From an uncultured Planctomycetota bacterium (GTDB lineage Bacteria > Planctomycetota > Planctomycetia > Isosphaerales > Isosphaeraceae): 64,000 nucleotides of DNA. The translations under genes were made by a program, and so were the position numbers. Positions 11,268-21,599 of the stretch are shown here, one piece after another. The DNA lies in the NCBI GenBank assembly GCA_963823665.1, contig CAWGMQ010000007.1, positions 736,001-800,000 of the forward strand. The letters run 5' to 3'. The first letter of the stretch is position 1; every line of letters starts with the position of its first letter. The notes beneath the pieces are model-generated. The model worked only from the letters and a program-made list of their open reading frames with translations. It searched no databases and was not told where the DNA came from.

Positions 11268-13759
11268 ATGCGCGGAAAGCTTTTCGCGCTGGCCCTATTC
11301 GGGCTGGCGTGGTCGACCACGGTGCGCGCGGATGGTCTGCTGATCCCGACGGAGCAGGGACTTCCTCCGCTTCGTCTCGCCTACCAGCGCGTCGAAGTTG
11401 CGATCGTCGGCCAGGTCGCCACCACCAAGGTGGAGCAATGTTATCGCAATACCACCGACCGCGACCTCGAAGCCGACTACATTTTCCCGCTGCCCGCAGG
11501 CGCCTCGGTTCGCGACTTCTCGATGTGGGTTTCAGGCAAGCGATTCAAAGGCGAGGCCGTTGACGCCAAGGCTGCCCGGCAGACTTACGAAGACATCGTT
11601 CGCCGCTTGCAGGATCCCGGCCTGCTCGAATACATCGGCCGCGACCTCTGGAAAGTGCGCATTTACCCCGTCCCGCGCCGCGGCGAGCAGAAGATCGAGA
11701 TCACGTACACGTCGATCCTACCGGCCGAAGGCGACATGATCTCGTATCAATACCTGCTCCGCACCGGCCAGACGGTTCGCACCACCGAGAAGGACTTCAC
11801 AATGGTGGTGCGCATCAAGAGTGAGGCCCCCCTCGGGCCGATCTACAGCCCCAGCCACGACGTCGAGCTCGTCCGTCGCGGCGATCGCGAAGCAGTCGTC
11901 AGCTTCGAGAAGACCAGATGCCAGCTTGACAAAGACTTTCAGCTCTACTTCACGCCGAAGGCCGAGCGGGTCGGCTTTTCGTTGTTGACCCAGCGAGAGT
12001 CGCCCGGCGAGCGCGGCTATTTCCTGCTCTTGATCAGTCCCAGCGATCTGGAGACGGCGAAGCCTGCCCCCGCGACCTGGTGCTCGTGGTCGATACATCG
12101 TCGAGCATGGAAGGCGAAAAGCTGCGGCAGGCCAAGGCCGCGTTGAAGCACACGTTAAGCTCGCTCAAACCTTTTGACCGCTTCGCGCTGGTCTCGTTCG
12201 CCTCCACGCCGGTCACATTCCGCGAAGAGCTGTCGCCGGCTGATGAAGACGACCTGCTCGCCGCAGGATCCTGGGTCGACAAGCTCGAGCCCGCCGGCGG
12301 CACCGACATCTCCGCTGCGCTCGAAGCCGCACTCGCCATTCGAACCGCTCAACAGCCCAACCGAAGCCTCCAGATCGTCTTCTTGACCGACGGTTTGCCA
12401 ACCGTCGGCCTCAAGGAGACGCCTGAAATCCTCAAAATCCTCGATCGGCGCGACCGTCGCGGAATCCGCATTTACACCTTCGGCGTCGGCGACGACGTCG
12501 ATGCACACCTCCTCGACCTGCTGGCCGAGAAGACAAGTGCGTGCAGCACCTATGTGCGGCCGGGCGAGGATATCGAAGCAAAGGTTTCCGCTTTTTCGCA
12601 GAAGATCGGCCGCCCCGCACGCACCGACTTGAAGCTCGCAATCAGCGGCGGGCCGCATCTCGTCGAGATGTTTCCCCCCCGCCTTCCGGACCTCTTCCAG
12701 GGCGAGCAGCTCCAGATCGCCGGCCGATATGAAGGCCACGGCCCCGCAACCCTTACACTCAAAGGGCAGTCTGGAGACCTTAGATTCTCGGAGACGTTCC
12801 AAACCGACTTCCCCGAGACAGCCTCCGACCACAACTTCGTCGCCCCGATCTGGGCCAGGCGCAAGGTCGGCTATCTCCTCGACCAGGTTCGCTTGAATGG
12901 TGAGTCGGCCGAGGTCAAGCACGAGCTGGTGAAGCTCGCGCACGATTACGCGATCGCCACTCCCTACACGAGCATCCTCGTTGTCCCCGAGTCAGCAGCC
13001 GGTGCGCAAACCGGCCCCCGCCGGGCCCCGTTCCGCAGACGCTACCCTCGGTCTCCGTCGCTACCGCTCAACGGCGGCGGCTTGGGCGGAGGGATGATGG
13101 GCGGCGGCGGCATGGCCGGCATGGGAGGCGCGGGTGGCATGAGAGGTGCCATGGCCGGCATGGGAGGCATGGGCGGAGGCATGGGCGGAGGATTCGGAGG
13201 AATGCCGAGCATGGGCGGCGGCATGGGAGGCAATGGCGGGGGGACCACTCGCGCGAGGCCAGCGCGTGGTCGCGCTCTCGAATCGTTGCCCGAACGGGAG
13301 TCCGTCGGCGCACCCGACTCCGAGAATCCGGCCGCCGGCTCAAATTCGATCGCCGGTCTCTCGTCGAGCGGCAAGGACGCAGTCGACCTCGCCGAGCGAG
13401 TTGCCGATTTGAAAACGGGCGCGAGGCCCGAAGCCGCCACGACAGCACGTACGGTCGCCGGCCGGCGATTCAAGAAAATCGGCGAGACCTGGGTCGATCA
13501 GACGTTCAAGTCCTCGATGCCCACCCTGCGATTGCGTGCTCTGGGCAAAGCCTACTTTCAGCTCCTGGCAGACCATCCAGAGCTCAGCGCGATCTTCGCT
13601 CTCGGCACTCGAATAACCTGGGTCAGCCCGAGCGGCACTGCGCTCGTGATCGACAAGCAAGGCTCGGACAATCCGTCCGACGCCGCGCTCAATCATCTAT
13701 TTGAGCGTCAGAAAACACGCAGCACGAAGCCGCCGGAAGAGCGTCCTTCGTCACCATAA
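11268..13759 (+). CDS. secreted VIT + vWA domain protein (inter-alpha-trypsin inhibitor-like); frameshift in a C-run near 12070
   Basis: Signal peptide; VIT domain (EADYIFPLP, DPGLLE); vWA MIDAS DTSSSM, GGTDI, FLTDGLPT; Gly/Met-rich linker. Confidence 0.88.
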
Positions 13760-13946
13760 GCCGCGGCAAGAAATGCTTGAGCGATGCGCCAATCACCAGC
13801 CCAACGTGTGAGCTGTGATGTCGCGCCGTAACGCATCGCGAACGCAAAACAGCGGTGAACACGCACATGGGTGCGTGGTTCGGACGGGACGTACGTCCTC
13901 CAGCCTCGGGCGCAAGCCCGATCCTCGTCGGTGGGTCGCACCCGAA

Positions 13947-13969
13947 GTAGGTCAGGCTTTCAGTCTGAC
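13947..13969 (+). repeat. GTAG-type REP palindrome, family A
   Basis: GTAG-GTCAGGCTTTCAGTCTGAC; related copies at 19257, 52920 and 56125. Confidence 0.75.
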
Positions 13970-14186
13970 GATTCGACCACACGAACCCTGGCGCGATCAC
14001 CGAGCCCACCCGCGAACCAGCGCCCGCCTCATTTGTGAGAAGCGTTGAAATTCTCCCCCCGGGCTGTTCCCTTTCCGCGGAGATTCTCCTGATATCATGG
14101 AAACTTGTCTCGAGCCATTTCCGATCGCCGAGCCGTCGTGTGACATCTATTGATGCGGAGTTGAGCACCGCGTCGAGGCAACCCCA

Positions 14187-14420
14187 ATGAATGAACAGTG
14201 AGTTGTGGCGTTGTGCATGGGCGCCGCCTTTCTCATCATTGGGTGGTTCCTTACGACCAATGTCAAATTTGCTCTCTGGGGCCTGAGCTACGGTCGTGGG
14301 AAAATGTGGGTGCGGATGCTGGGGCAGGATCGGGCCCTGGCACTGACGCGGTACTTTTTCGGACCCCTCAGCATGCCCCTCGGGTTGGTTGGGCTGATCC
14401 TGGGCATTGTCGGCAGGTAG
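14187..14420 (+). pseudogene. nonsense-mutated copy of the 77-aa membrane protein at 19494..19727
   Basis: ATG AAT GAA CAG TGA here versus ATG AAT GAA CAG CGA in copy 2; remainder nearly identical. Confidence 0.75.
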
Positions 14421-14429
14421 GAGTGAACA

Positions 14430-14647
14430 GTGAAGCGCCGATTCACGCCGAGAGGCAGCAAGATCGATTTCATCATGACCCGTCCTGAACACTGGAATGC
14501 CCGCCAGCTCGAGCGCCGTCGACGCGTCCGACTCCAATCCGGGCATGGGGAGTTCGACATCTGGGTAGCTGCTCCGGAAGATGTCATCCTCGGCAAACTT
14601 TGGTATTACTCCGAGGGCGGCGGTGATCGGCATCTGCGCGATATCGC
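14430..14647 (+). pseudogene. internal fragment of a nucleotidyltransferase-like gene
   Basis: GSKIDFIM...VAAPEDVILGKLWYYSEGGGDRHLRDIA; the last 41 bp match 20205..20245 with 2 mismatches. Confidence 0.7.
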
Positions 14648-14695
14648 CGCCGCACCAGCGGATCAGATCGCTCTGCAGGCCAGACTGGCAGCGGA

Positions 14696-15124
14696 CTACG
14701 GCCCGAACCATCCGGGCCCGAAGCCGCGCCAGGAAGTCCCGCAAAAGGGACAGCTTTGCCCCACGCCCGCGTAGGGTGAAATGAGCGCGCGGCACCGCGA
14801 ACAGTGATTCCAGGTTCCTGTCCGTTGGCTCTCGAAGAGGAAGGATTGGTACAGGGCCTGCATCTGCTGCATCCGCAAAGCTCCCATGAACTGCATGCGC
14901 TCGAACATCACTGCATCTTCGATCATGTGCTCAACCATCATCCGTCGTCCCTCGGCCAGGGCGTGGAGCCGAGCCTTACGCTCTTTACGGTTTCTGATGG
15001 TGTCTTGAGCGGCCGCCGTCCATTCGGGGCTATCTGCGGCTCGACTCGGCGGGGGGAGAGCGACCGCGCCGATCACCACGATGCCGGCAAGACCTGCGAC
15101 GAACAAAAATCGTTTCAATGACAT
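14696..15124 (-). CDS. secreted hypothetical protein with C-terminal zinc ribbon
   Basis: Signal peptide MSLKRFLFVAGLAGIVV...SRA; HCSRC...CPFCG; GAGGTGA RBS. Confidence 0.65.
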   Translation of the reverse strand: MSLKRFLFVAGLAGIVVIGAVALPPPSRAADSPEWTAAAQDTIRNRKERKARLHALAEGRRMMVEHMIEDAVMFERMQFMGALRMQQMQALYQSFLFESQRTGTWNHCSRCRALISPYAGVGQSCPFCGTSWRGFGPGWFGP

Positions 15125-15206
15125 CGATTCACCTCACTTGGATGATGTTGTGGATCGCTCACACTTCAGATCACCTCTATCTCTACAAGGAGGGGAAGCG
15201 GTTTGA

Positions 15207-15244
15207 GCCCGACAAAAACGACTCGAAAAGATTTTTTGTCGGGC
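15207..15244. promoter_or_regulatory. perfect 12-bp inverted repeat between divergent genes
   Basis: GCCCGACAAAAA-N14-TTTTTGTCGGGC. Confidence 0.6.
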
Positions 15245-15395
15245 GTAGGGCGCCGTTTCGCATGAACTCTATTGAGGGACGCGCGTTTCCCTCCGGGCGG
15301 TTTTTGTGCTGGACTGGTGACGTCGCGCGTTACCATCCGCGATGGGTTCCGAGGTCGGCGGCCGACCCGATCCCACGCATGCAGGGGTGCTGCTC

Positions 15396-15977
15396 ATGAC
15401 AAAGAACGAGGGGTCCGTGACTGGGGATCTGGCCAATCTCCAGGCAGGTGAGGATCCTGCCGCCGCCGCCAGTGCGCTGTGGAACCACGTGTTCGGAAGG
15501 CTCGTCGCCATCGCCGAGCGCATGCTGCGCAACACGCCGCGGGCGGCGAGTGATGGAGAAGACATCGCCTTAAGCGCCTTCAAAAGTCTTTGCGAAGGAG
15601 CGGCGCAGGGCCGATTCACCGACCTGGACAGTCGAGACAATCTCTGGCGCGTGCTTTATACGATCACCCTGCGGAAGGCCCTGTTGCAGAAGTCTCACGA
15701 AACGGCCGGCAAGCGCGACGCCCGCCGGCTGGTCGATGCGGACCTCGATGCGCTCGTGGGCCACGAACCCACGCCCGAAATCACGGCGATCCTACGCGAC
15801 GAGCTGCGGTCGCAGCTCGATATCCTGCGCGACGACACGCTCCGCCAGATCGCCTTGCTGGCGCTGGAAGGCTGGAGCAACGAGGAGATCGCCCTGCGGC
15901 TCGATTGCAGCCTGCGCACTGTCGAACGCAAACGCAACCTGATCCGCACGGCCTGGGGCCGGGAGCAGGCCTCATGA
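15396..15977 (+). CDS. ECF-type sigma factor (kinase-associated planctomycete group)
   Basis: EGSVT...DGEDIALSAFKSL...LWRVLYTIT...LEGWSNEEIALRLDCSLRTVERK; ATGA overlap with the kinase. Confidence 0.9.
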   Translation: MTKNEGSVTGDLANLQAGEDPAAAASALWNHVFGRLVAIAERMLRNTPRAASDGEDIALSAFKSLCEGAAQGRFTDLDSRDNLWRVLYTITLRKALLQKSHETAGKRDARRLVDADLDALVGHEPTPEITAILRDELRSQLDILRDDTLRQIALLALEGWSNEEIALRLDCSLRTVERKRNLIRTAWGREQAS

Positions 15978-18900
15978 ACGGGGACGAGGATGCCGGCCTG
16001 TCGTTTTCGGCGCAGGATCGAATCGACCTGGCCTGCGACCGCTTCGAGGCCGCCTGGAAGGCCGGCGACCGGCCCCGGATCGAGGATCATCTCGCCGGCG
16101 CCGACTCCGCCGACAGGGGGACGCTCCTCCGCGAGCTGCTGGTCCTCGAGCTGTTCTGGCGGCGGCGGGCTGGCGAACGGCCCGAACCCGTTGAGTACGC
16201 CCGCCGCTTCCCGGACGGGGATGATCTGGCCGCGATCGTCGCCGTCTTCGTCCGCCACGCCGCGGCACCGGCCCGCTTCAGCAAACCGGAGTTCCTCGCC
16301 GAGGGGGGCCTGGGTAAGGTCTTCACGGCGCATGACGAGGAGCTGGGCCGTGTCGTCGCCCTCAAGGTGATCCGGGATCGCCGGGCCCACGACCCGCAGA
16401 GCCAGGCGCGATTCCGCCGCGAGGCGGAGATCACGGGGCGATTGGAGCACCCGGGGATTGTCGCCGTGTACAGCCTCAACCACGGCGAGGACGGCCGGCC
16501 ATACTACGCGATGCGGCTGATCCGCGGCGAGACGCTCAAGGAGGCCGTGGCGCAATATCACGCACAGGGAGCGTCGGCGGGCGGGGCGCCGGAGAGGTCA
16601 CTGGCGTTCCGGGGCCTGCTGCGGCGCGTGATCGACGTGTGCAACACGGTGGCCTACGCCCACAGCCAGGGGGTGCTGCATCGCGATCTCAAGCCCGAGA
16701 ACGTGATGCTCGGTCGCTACAGTGAGACGATGGTGCTGGACTGGGGCTTGGCGAAGCCGGTCAACTCCTTGGACGACCCCGCCGAGCCGCCGCTGGCGGA
16801 GGCCTCTTTCAGCGATTCGGGAGAGACCCAGCCGGGTTCGCGGATCGGGACGCCGGCGTATATGAGCCCAGAGCAGGCGGCGGGCGATCCCGGCCGGATC
16901 GGCCCGGCAAGTGACATCTACGGCCTGGGGGCCACCTTGTACCATGTGCTGACAGGCCGGTCTCCGTTCGCCGAGGAGCGCGACCTCGCTGCCGTGCTCG
17001 AAAGAGTCCAGGCCGGCGCCTTCGAGTCGCCGCGGGCGGTGCGCGCCGAAATCCCGCGGGCGCTCGAGGCCATCTGCCTGAAAGCGATGGCGCGCCAACC
17101 GGAAGACCGGTATGCCGGCGCCATGGCGCTGGCGGAGGACCTTGAGCATTGGCTGGCGGACGAGCCGGTAACAGCGTGGCGGGAGCCCTGGAGGACGAGG
17201 TCACGGCGGTGGATGCGGCGGCATCGTACGCTGGTGACCAGCACGGCGGCCGTGTTCGTGCTTGGCGTGATGGGGCTCGTGGGCTTCGCGGCTGTGCTAG
17301 CCGGGAAGAACCAAGAGCTAAACCGGCAGCGGGCGCGGGCCGAGGAGCGAGAGGGCCTCGCAATTGACGCGGTAAAGAACTTCGGGGATGCGGTCGCGCA
17401 CAATCCCGATTTGAAGGAACGTCCCGAGCTGGAGGAGCTTCGAAAAACGCTGCTGCAAGGCCCGCTACGGTTCTTCGACCGGCTGCGCGATCAGCTCCAG
17501 GCGGACCGCGACACGCGCCCGGATGCGCTCGTGAAACTTGCGGCCGCGAACGCTCTCCTGGCCCGGACCACGGAGGAGATTGGCAGCATCTCCGACGCGA
17601 TCCGCTCATTATCCGAGGCCATGGCGATCCATGAGCGGCTGGTCCGCGACCATCCCGCCGTCGCCCTTTACCAGCGCGAGCTTGCATCGAGCCACAACAA
17701 CATCGGCAGACTACTGAGCGCGACCCGACCTAAGTCCGAGGCATTGCAGTCGTACCGACGCGCTGGCGCGATTCAGGAACGGCTAGTCCGCGACCATCCT
17801 TCCGTCGCCCTTTACCAGCAAGACCTGGCTTCAAGCCACAACAATATCGGCGTTCTGCTTCGCGACACCGGGCGTCCGACCGAAGCATTGGAGTCGTTTC
17901 GACGAGCGCTCGCGATTCAGGAGCTGCTGGTCCGCAGCGACCCGACCGTCATCGACTACCAGAGCGACCTCGCCAAAACCCACAGCAACATCGGCACCGC
18001 GTGCCGAGCGACGGACGCGCCGGGGAGGCGCTGGAATCGTATCGCAGAGCCCTCCAGGTTCGCGAGCGGTTGGCCCGGGACTACCCGAGCGTTGCCAAGT
18101 ACCGGCAACAAGTGGCCCTCAGCCATTTCTACATCGGCAACTTGCTCTTCGCCAACGGCCCGCCAACCGAGGCACTGGAGGCATACCGCAACGCGCTCGC
18201 GATTCGTGAAAAACTGGCCAGCGACCAACCCACCGTTACCCTGTACCAGAGCGATCTAGCCACAAGTCACAACAATATCGGCATCGTGCTGGATCATCTG
18301 GGACGCAGCGCCGAGGCGTTAGCGTCGCACCGGCGGGCGCTCGAAGTGCGCGAGCGGCTCGCGCGCGACCACCCCGCCGTCATCCAGCATCGGATCGATC
18401 TGGCGGGCAGCCTCAGTAACGTCGCCATCCTGCTGAAGGGCGTGGGCCAATTCGCCGAGGCATTGAAGTCGCACGAATCAGCCCTGGAAATCCGCGAGCG
18501 GCTGGCCCGCGACTACCCCAACGATGCCTCCTACCAGAGCGGTCTGGCGGCGAGTCTCAACAACATCGGCACCCTGCGCCGCGCGACCGGTGCGCCGGCT
18601 GAGGCCCTGCAGTCGTTTCGGAAGGCACTCGAGATTTGCGAGCGGCTGGCCCGCGACCACCCCTCGGCTCACGATTATCAGCGCGCTCTCGGTGAAGCGC
18701 TGGACAATATCGCCAAGATCGAGATCAGCCAAGGCCGGTGGAGAGAAGCCTACGATCGGCTCAACCGGGCGATCGAGCATCAGCGGAGGGCGCTCTCGGC
18801 GATGCCTCGTCATCCGTTCTATCAACACGATTTCCGACTCACCTTGTTCGACCAGGTGAAGGTGCTCCAGGCGCTGAATCAGCCGGTCGAGGCCGTGCTC

Positions 18901-19185
18901 GTGACGCGAGAGGCGGCGGTTCTGGCACGCGGAAATCCGACTGATATGTACAACGTTGCCTGCCTCTTGTCACTGAGCATCCCGCTCACTCGGTCACACG
19001 AGCAGCCAGCCCTGGCAGCCGAGGCGGTGCAGACCTTGAGGGCCGCTGTGGCTGTCGGCTGGCGCGATGCCCGCTACACCGCCCGTGATCCCGACCTGAT
19101 CCCGCTCCGCGAACATGACGATTTTCGTCGAGTGTTGGCCGAGCTGTTCGATCGAGGCTTCCCGCCCAATCCATTCGCCCGCTGA
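15974..19185 (+). CDS. Ser/Thr kinase with TM segment and TPR repeats; frameshift near 18000
   Basis: AEGGLGKV, VALKVI, HRDLKPEN, DWGLAK, GTPAYMSPEQA; ~49-aa ERLARDHP...YQxDLAxSHNNIG repeats; C-terminal YNVAC...DPDLIPLR...FPPNPFAR. Confidence 0.9.
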
Positions 19186-19251
19186 CCCAGTGCGGACGCG
19201 TGGGCCTCCAGAATTGATCGGAATCGGCTGGAGCCTCGTGACTCCTCCCGT

Positions 19252-19727
19252 CCGAAGTAGGTCAGGCTGTCAGCCTGACGATTCAACAATAGAACCCCGC
19301 CGCGATCACCGGGCCCACCCGCGAACAAGCGCCGGCCTCATCCGTGAGACGCGTTGAAATCCTCCCCGGATATTCCCTTTCCGCGACGAATGCTCCTGAT
19401 AACATGGAAACTCGTCCCCAGGCATTTCCGATCGCCGAGCCTTTGTATGACATGTATTAATGCAGAATCGAGCATCTCTGCGAGGAAACCCCAATGAATG
19501 AACAGCGAGTTGTGGCGTTGTGCATGGGCGCCGCCTTCCTCATCATCGGGTGGTTCCTTACGACCAATGTCAAATTTGCTCTCTGGGGCCTGAGCTACGG
19601 TCGCGGGAAAATGTGGGTGCGGATGGTAGGGCAGGATCGGGCCTTGGCACTGACGCGATACTTTTTCGGACCCCTCAGCATGCTGCTTGGGCTGGTTGGA
19701 CTGTTCATCGGCATCGTCGGCAGGTGA
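19252..19727 (+). repeat. direct repeat copy 2 (partner 13942..14420)
   Basis: Starts with REP GTAGGTCAGGCTGTCAGCCTGAC (19257-19279); colinear with copy 1. Confidence 0.92.
19494..19727 (+). CDS. 77-aa two-TM membrane protein
   Basis: GAGG RBS; two hydrophobic helices around GRGKMWVRMVG; coding part better conserved between repeat copies than its leader. Confidence 0.75.
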   Translation: MNEQRVVALCMGAAFLIIGWFLTTNVKFALWGLSYGRGKMWVRMVGQDRALALTRYFFGPLSMLLGLVGLFIGIVGR

Positions 19728-19881
19728 GAATCCCTCGAGCATTGCCACGAACAAGCCGGACGAAGTGAAGAGAATCGATCCGAGCGGGCCAAGTATCCCG
19801 ACGCCGAGCCGTCGGAGAAGAAGTGACCGATTTCGCGCACGCTCGTATAATCGCTAGCGAAGGTCAGTCGGAGAAACTCTG

Positions 19882-20091
19882 GTGGAGCAACTTCGGATTG
19901 AAGTGATCGATCGCGCCTATGCGGCCATTCTTGCGGCCAAGACGCCGGCAGAGCGCGCTTGGATGATCGAAGACTGCAATCGCACGGCCAGAGTCGTACT
20001 CGCCGCAGGCGAACGCATGCGCCATCCCGATTGGTCTCGAGAGGATGTCTCGCTCGCGGTTTCACGGAGGATCCTTGATGGAGCAGATTGA
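19882..20091 (+). CDS. small helical protein, partner of the nucleotidyltransferase (antitoxin-like)
   Basis: IEVIDRAYAAILAAKTPAER...RHPDWS...RRIL; TATAAT at 19846-19851 upstream; overlaps start of next gene. Confidence 0.7.
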   Translation: MEQLRIEVIDRAYAAILAAKTPAERAWMIEDCNRTARVVLAAGERMRHPDWSREDVSLAVSRRILDGAD

Positions 20092-20390
20092 CCTGGTTCG
20101 AAATGCCGTGCAAACGCTTGAGCGATTGGCGATTCCCTACGCTCTTGTCGGCTCCTGGGGTAGCGGCATCTACGGCGAGCCACGATTCACGCGAGACATC
20201 GAAATACTCCGAGGGCGGCGGTGATCGGCATTTGCGGGATATCGCAGGGATCTTGCGCGTGACCGGAAACGGTGTTGATCGCGCGGAGGTCGAGAGCTGG
20301 GCAACAAGGCTCGGCTATCTCGAGACTTGGCGGCAAATTGTGGCGAAGGTTGATGCACCTGACGCACCGCCTGGACCTGGGAATCCCTGA
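20078..20390 (+). pseudogene. nucleotidyltransferase-like gene with internal deletion
   Basis: MEQIDLVRNAVQTLERLAIPYALVGSWGSGIYGEPRFTRDIE (GS and RxTxD motifs) joined out of frame at ~20204 to YSEGGGDRHLRDIAGILRV... Confidence 0.75.
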
Positions 20391-20466
20391 GAGTCCTCGC
20401 CGTTGACTACCGCCGCGTCTCATCTCGCGAGACAATCCATTCCCGTGCCGCCAGATGCTCCACGAC

Positions 20467-21420
20467 TCAATCCCCCTTCTTTTCCACCCCCGGCTTCTTG
20501 AGATACTGATCAAACCAATCCACCAGGAGCGCCGCATCTTTCTCGATGCCAAGCCATCCATGCCCGCCTTTCTTCTTCACCACGAGCTTGGCCGGAACCC
20601 CCACGCTCTCGAGCTTCTTCACAAAGATCTCGGACTGCTGAAGCGGCACGAGCACGTCGGCATCGCCGTGGATGATCATGGTGGGTGGGTCATCCGAGCT
20701 CACGTGCGTGATCGGCGAGATCTGCCGCGTGATCTCGCGCAGCCGCGCGGGATCGGTGATCGGCACCCAGACATTCGTGGCTTTGTCCAGCTCGTGGTAG
20801 TCGAATGCCGGCCGGAAAGGCATGCCGTGATCGGTCGCGTGGAGCATCTCTTTACCCGGCGTGCCGTAGTTGAGCAGGTCTGCCGGCGGGAAGAAACAGG
20901 CGACGGCCTGCACGCGGCTCGACTCGCGATCCACCGGCGTCTTGGCGCTCGGGTCGCCCTGCGTGCCGGCCGTACCGAGCATCAGTGAGAGATGCCCGCC
21001 CGCTGACGCGCCGGTGATTCCAATCCGGGTCCCGTCGATGCCGTATTCCTTGGCGTGGTGGCGAATGAACCGCACCGCTTTGTTGACGTCGTCGATGATT
21101 TCGGGAACCGTGTATTTCGGCTGGCTGCCGTGAACCACGGCGAAAACCGTATACCCGCGGTCGACGAGCAGCCGCGCGAATCCTGCGTTGATCGATTCGT
21201 GCGCGGAACGGAACCCGCCGCTCACCACCAAGACAACCGCCGCGCCGTTCGCCTTCGCTTTGGGCGTGAAGACGTCCATCGTGAGCGCAGTGCCAAATTT
21301 CCGCGCGTAGATCACGTCTTCCTTGCGGTCGAATGCCGGCTCATCGGCTTTGACCAACGAAGTAAGAGCCAGCAGTCCGGCCGAGAGTCCAACGATGATC
21401 GTCCTGTCAGCCCTTGTCAT
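20467..21420 (-). CDS. secreted alpha/beta hydrolase (esterase/lipase, BD-FAE-like)
   Basis: Signal peptide; GASAGGHL nucleophile elbow; HGDADVLVP; GGHGW. Confidence 0.9.
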   Translation of the reverse strand: MTRADRTIIVGLSAGLLALTSLVKADEPAFDRKEDVIYARKFGTALTMDVFTPKAKANGAAVVLVVSGGFRSAHESINAGFARLLVDRGYTVFAVVHGSQPKYTVPEIIDDVNKAVRFIRHHAKEYGIDGTRIGITGASAGGHLSLMLGTAGTQGDPSAKTPVDRESSRVQAVACFFPPADLLNYGTPGKEMLHATDHGMPFRPAFDYHELDKATNVWVPITDPARLREITRQISPITHVSSDDPPTMIIHGDADVLVPLQQSEIFVKKLESVGVPAKLVVKKKGGHGWLGIEKDAALLVDWFDQYLKKPGVEKKGD

Positions 21421-21599
21421 GAACGAATCTCCCGAAACGCGGAATAACGTTAAACATATCGCCTTTGAGCCTCTCATACTGCGAACCCCTCTCGCAAGAC
21501 GCAGGCGCCCGCGCACAGCCTTTACGGATGCGACAATCCCCCCGCCCGCTGCTATAATCTGATCCCGTGAGTTCGAGTGTAAGATTCGGGAGCACGGAT

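Larger units (their letters stand above)
13942..14420 (+). repeat. direct repeat copy 1 (~480 bp; partner 19252..19727)
   Basis: Colinear similarity from ccgaagtaggtcagg through the small membrane gene to ...cggcaggt. Confidence 0.92.

Noticed and set aside
17560..18800. CRISPR array or DGR template/variable repeats
   Set aside because: The repeats are in-frame protein repeats; no spacers, cas genes or reverse transcriptase
13942..19727. Composite transposon or IS pair
   Set aside because: The repeats have no transposase, terminal inverted repeats or visible target-site duplication
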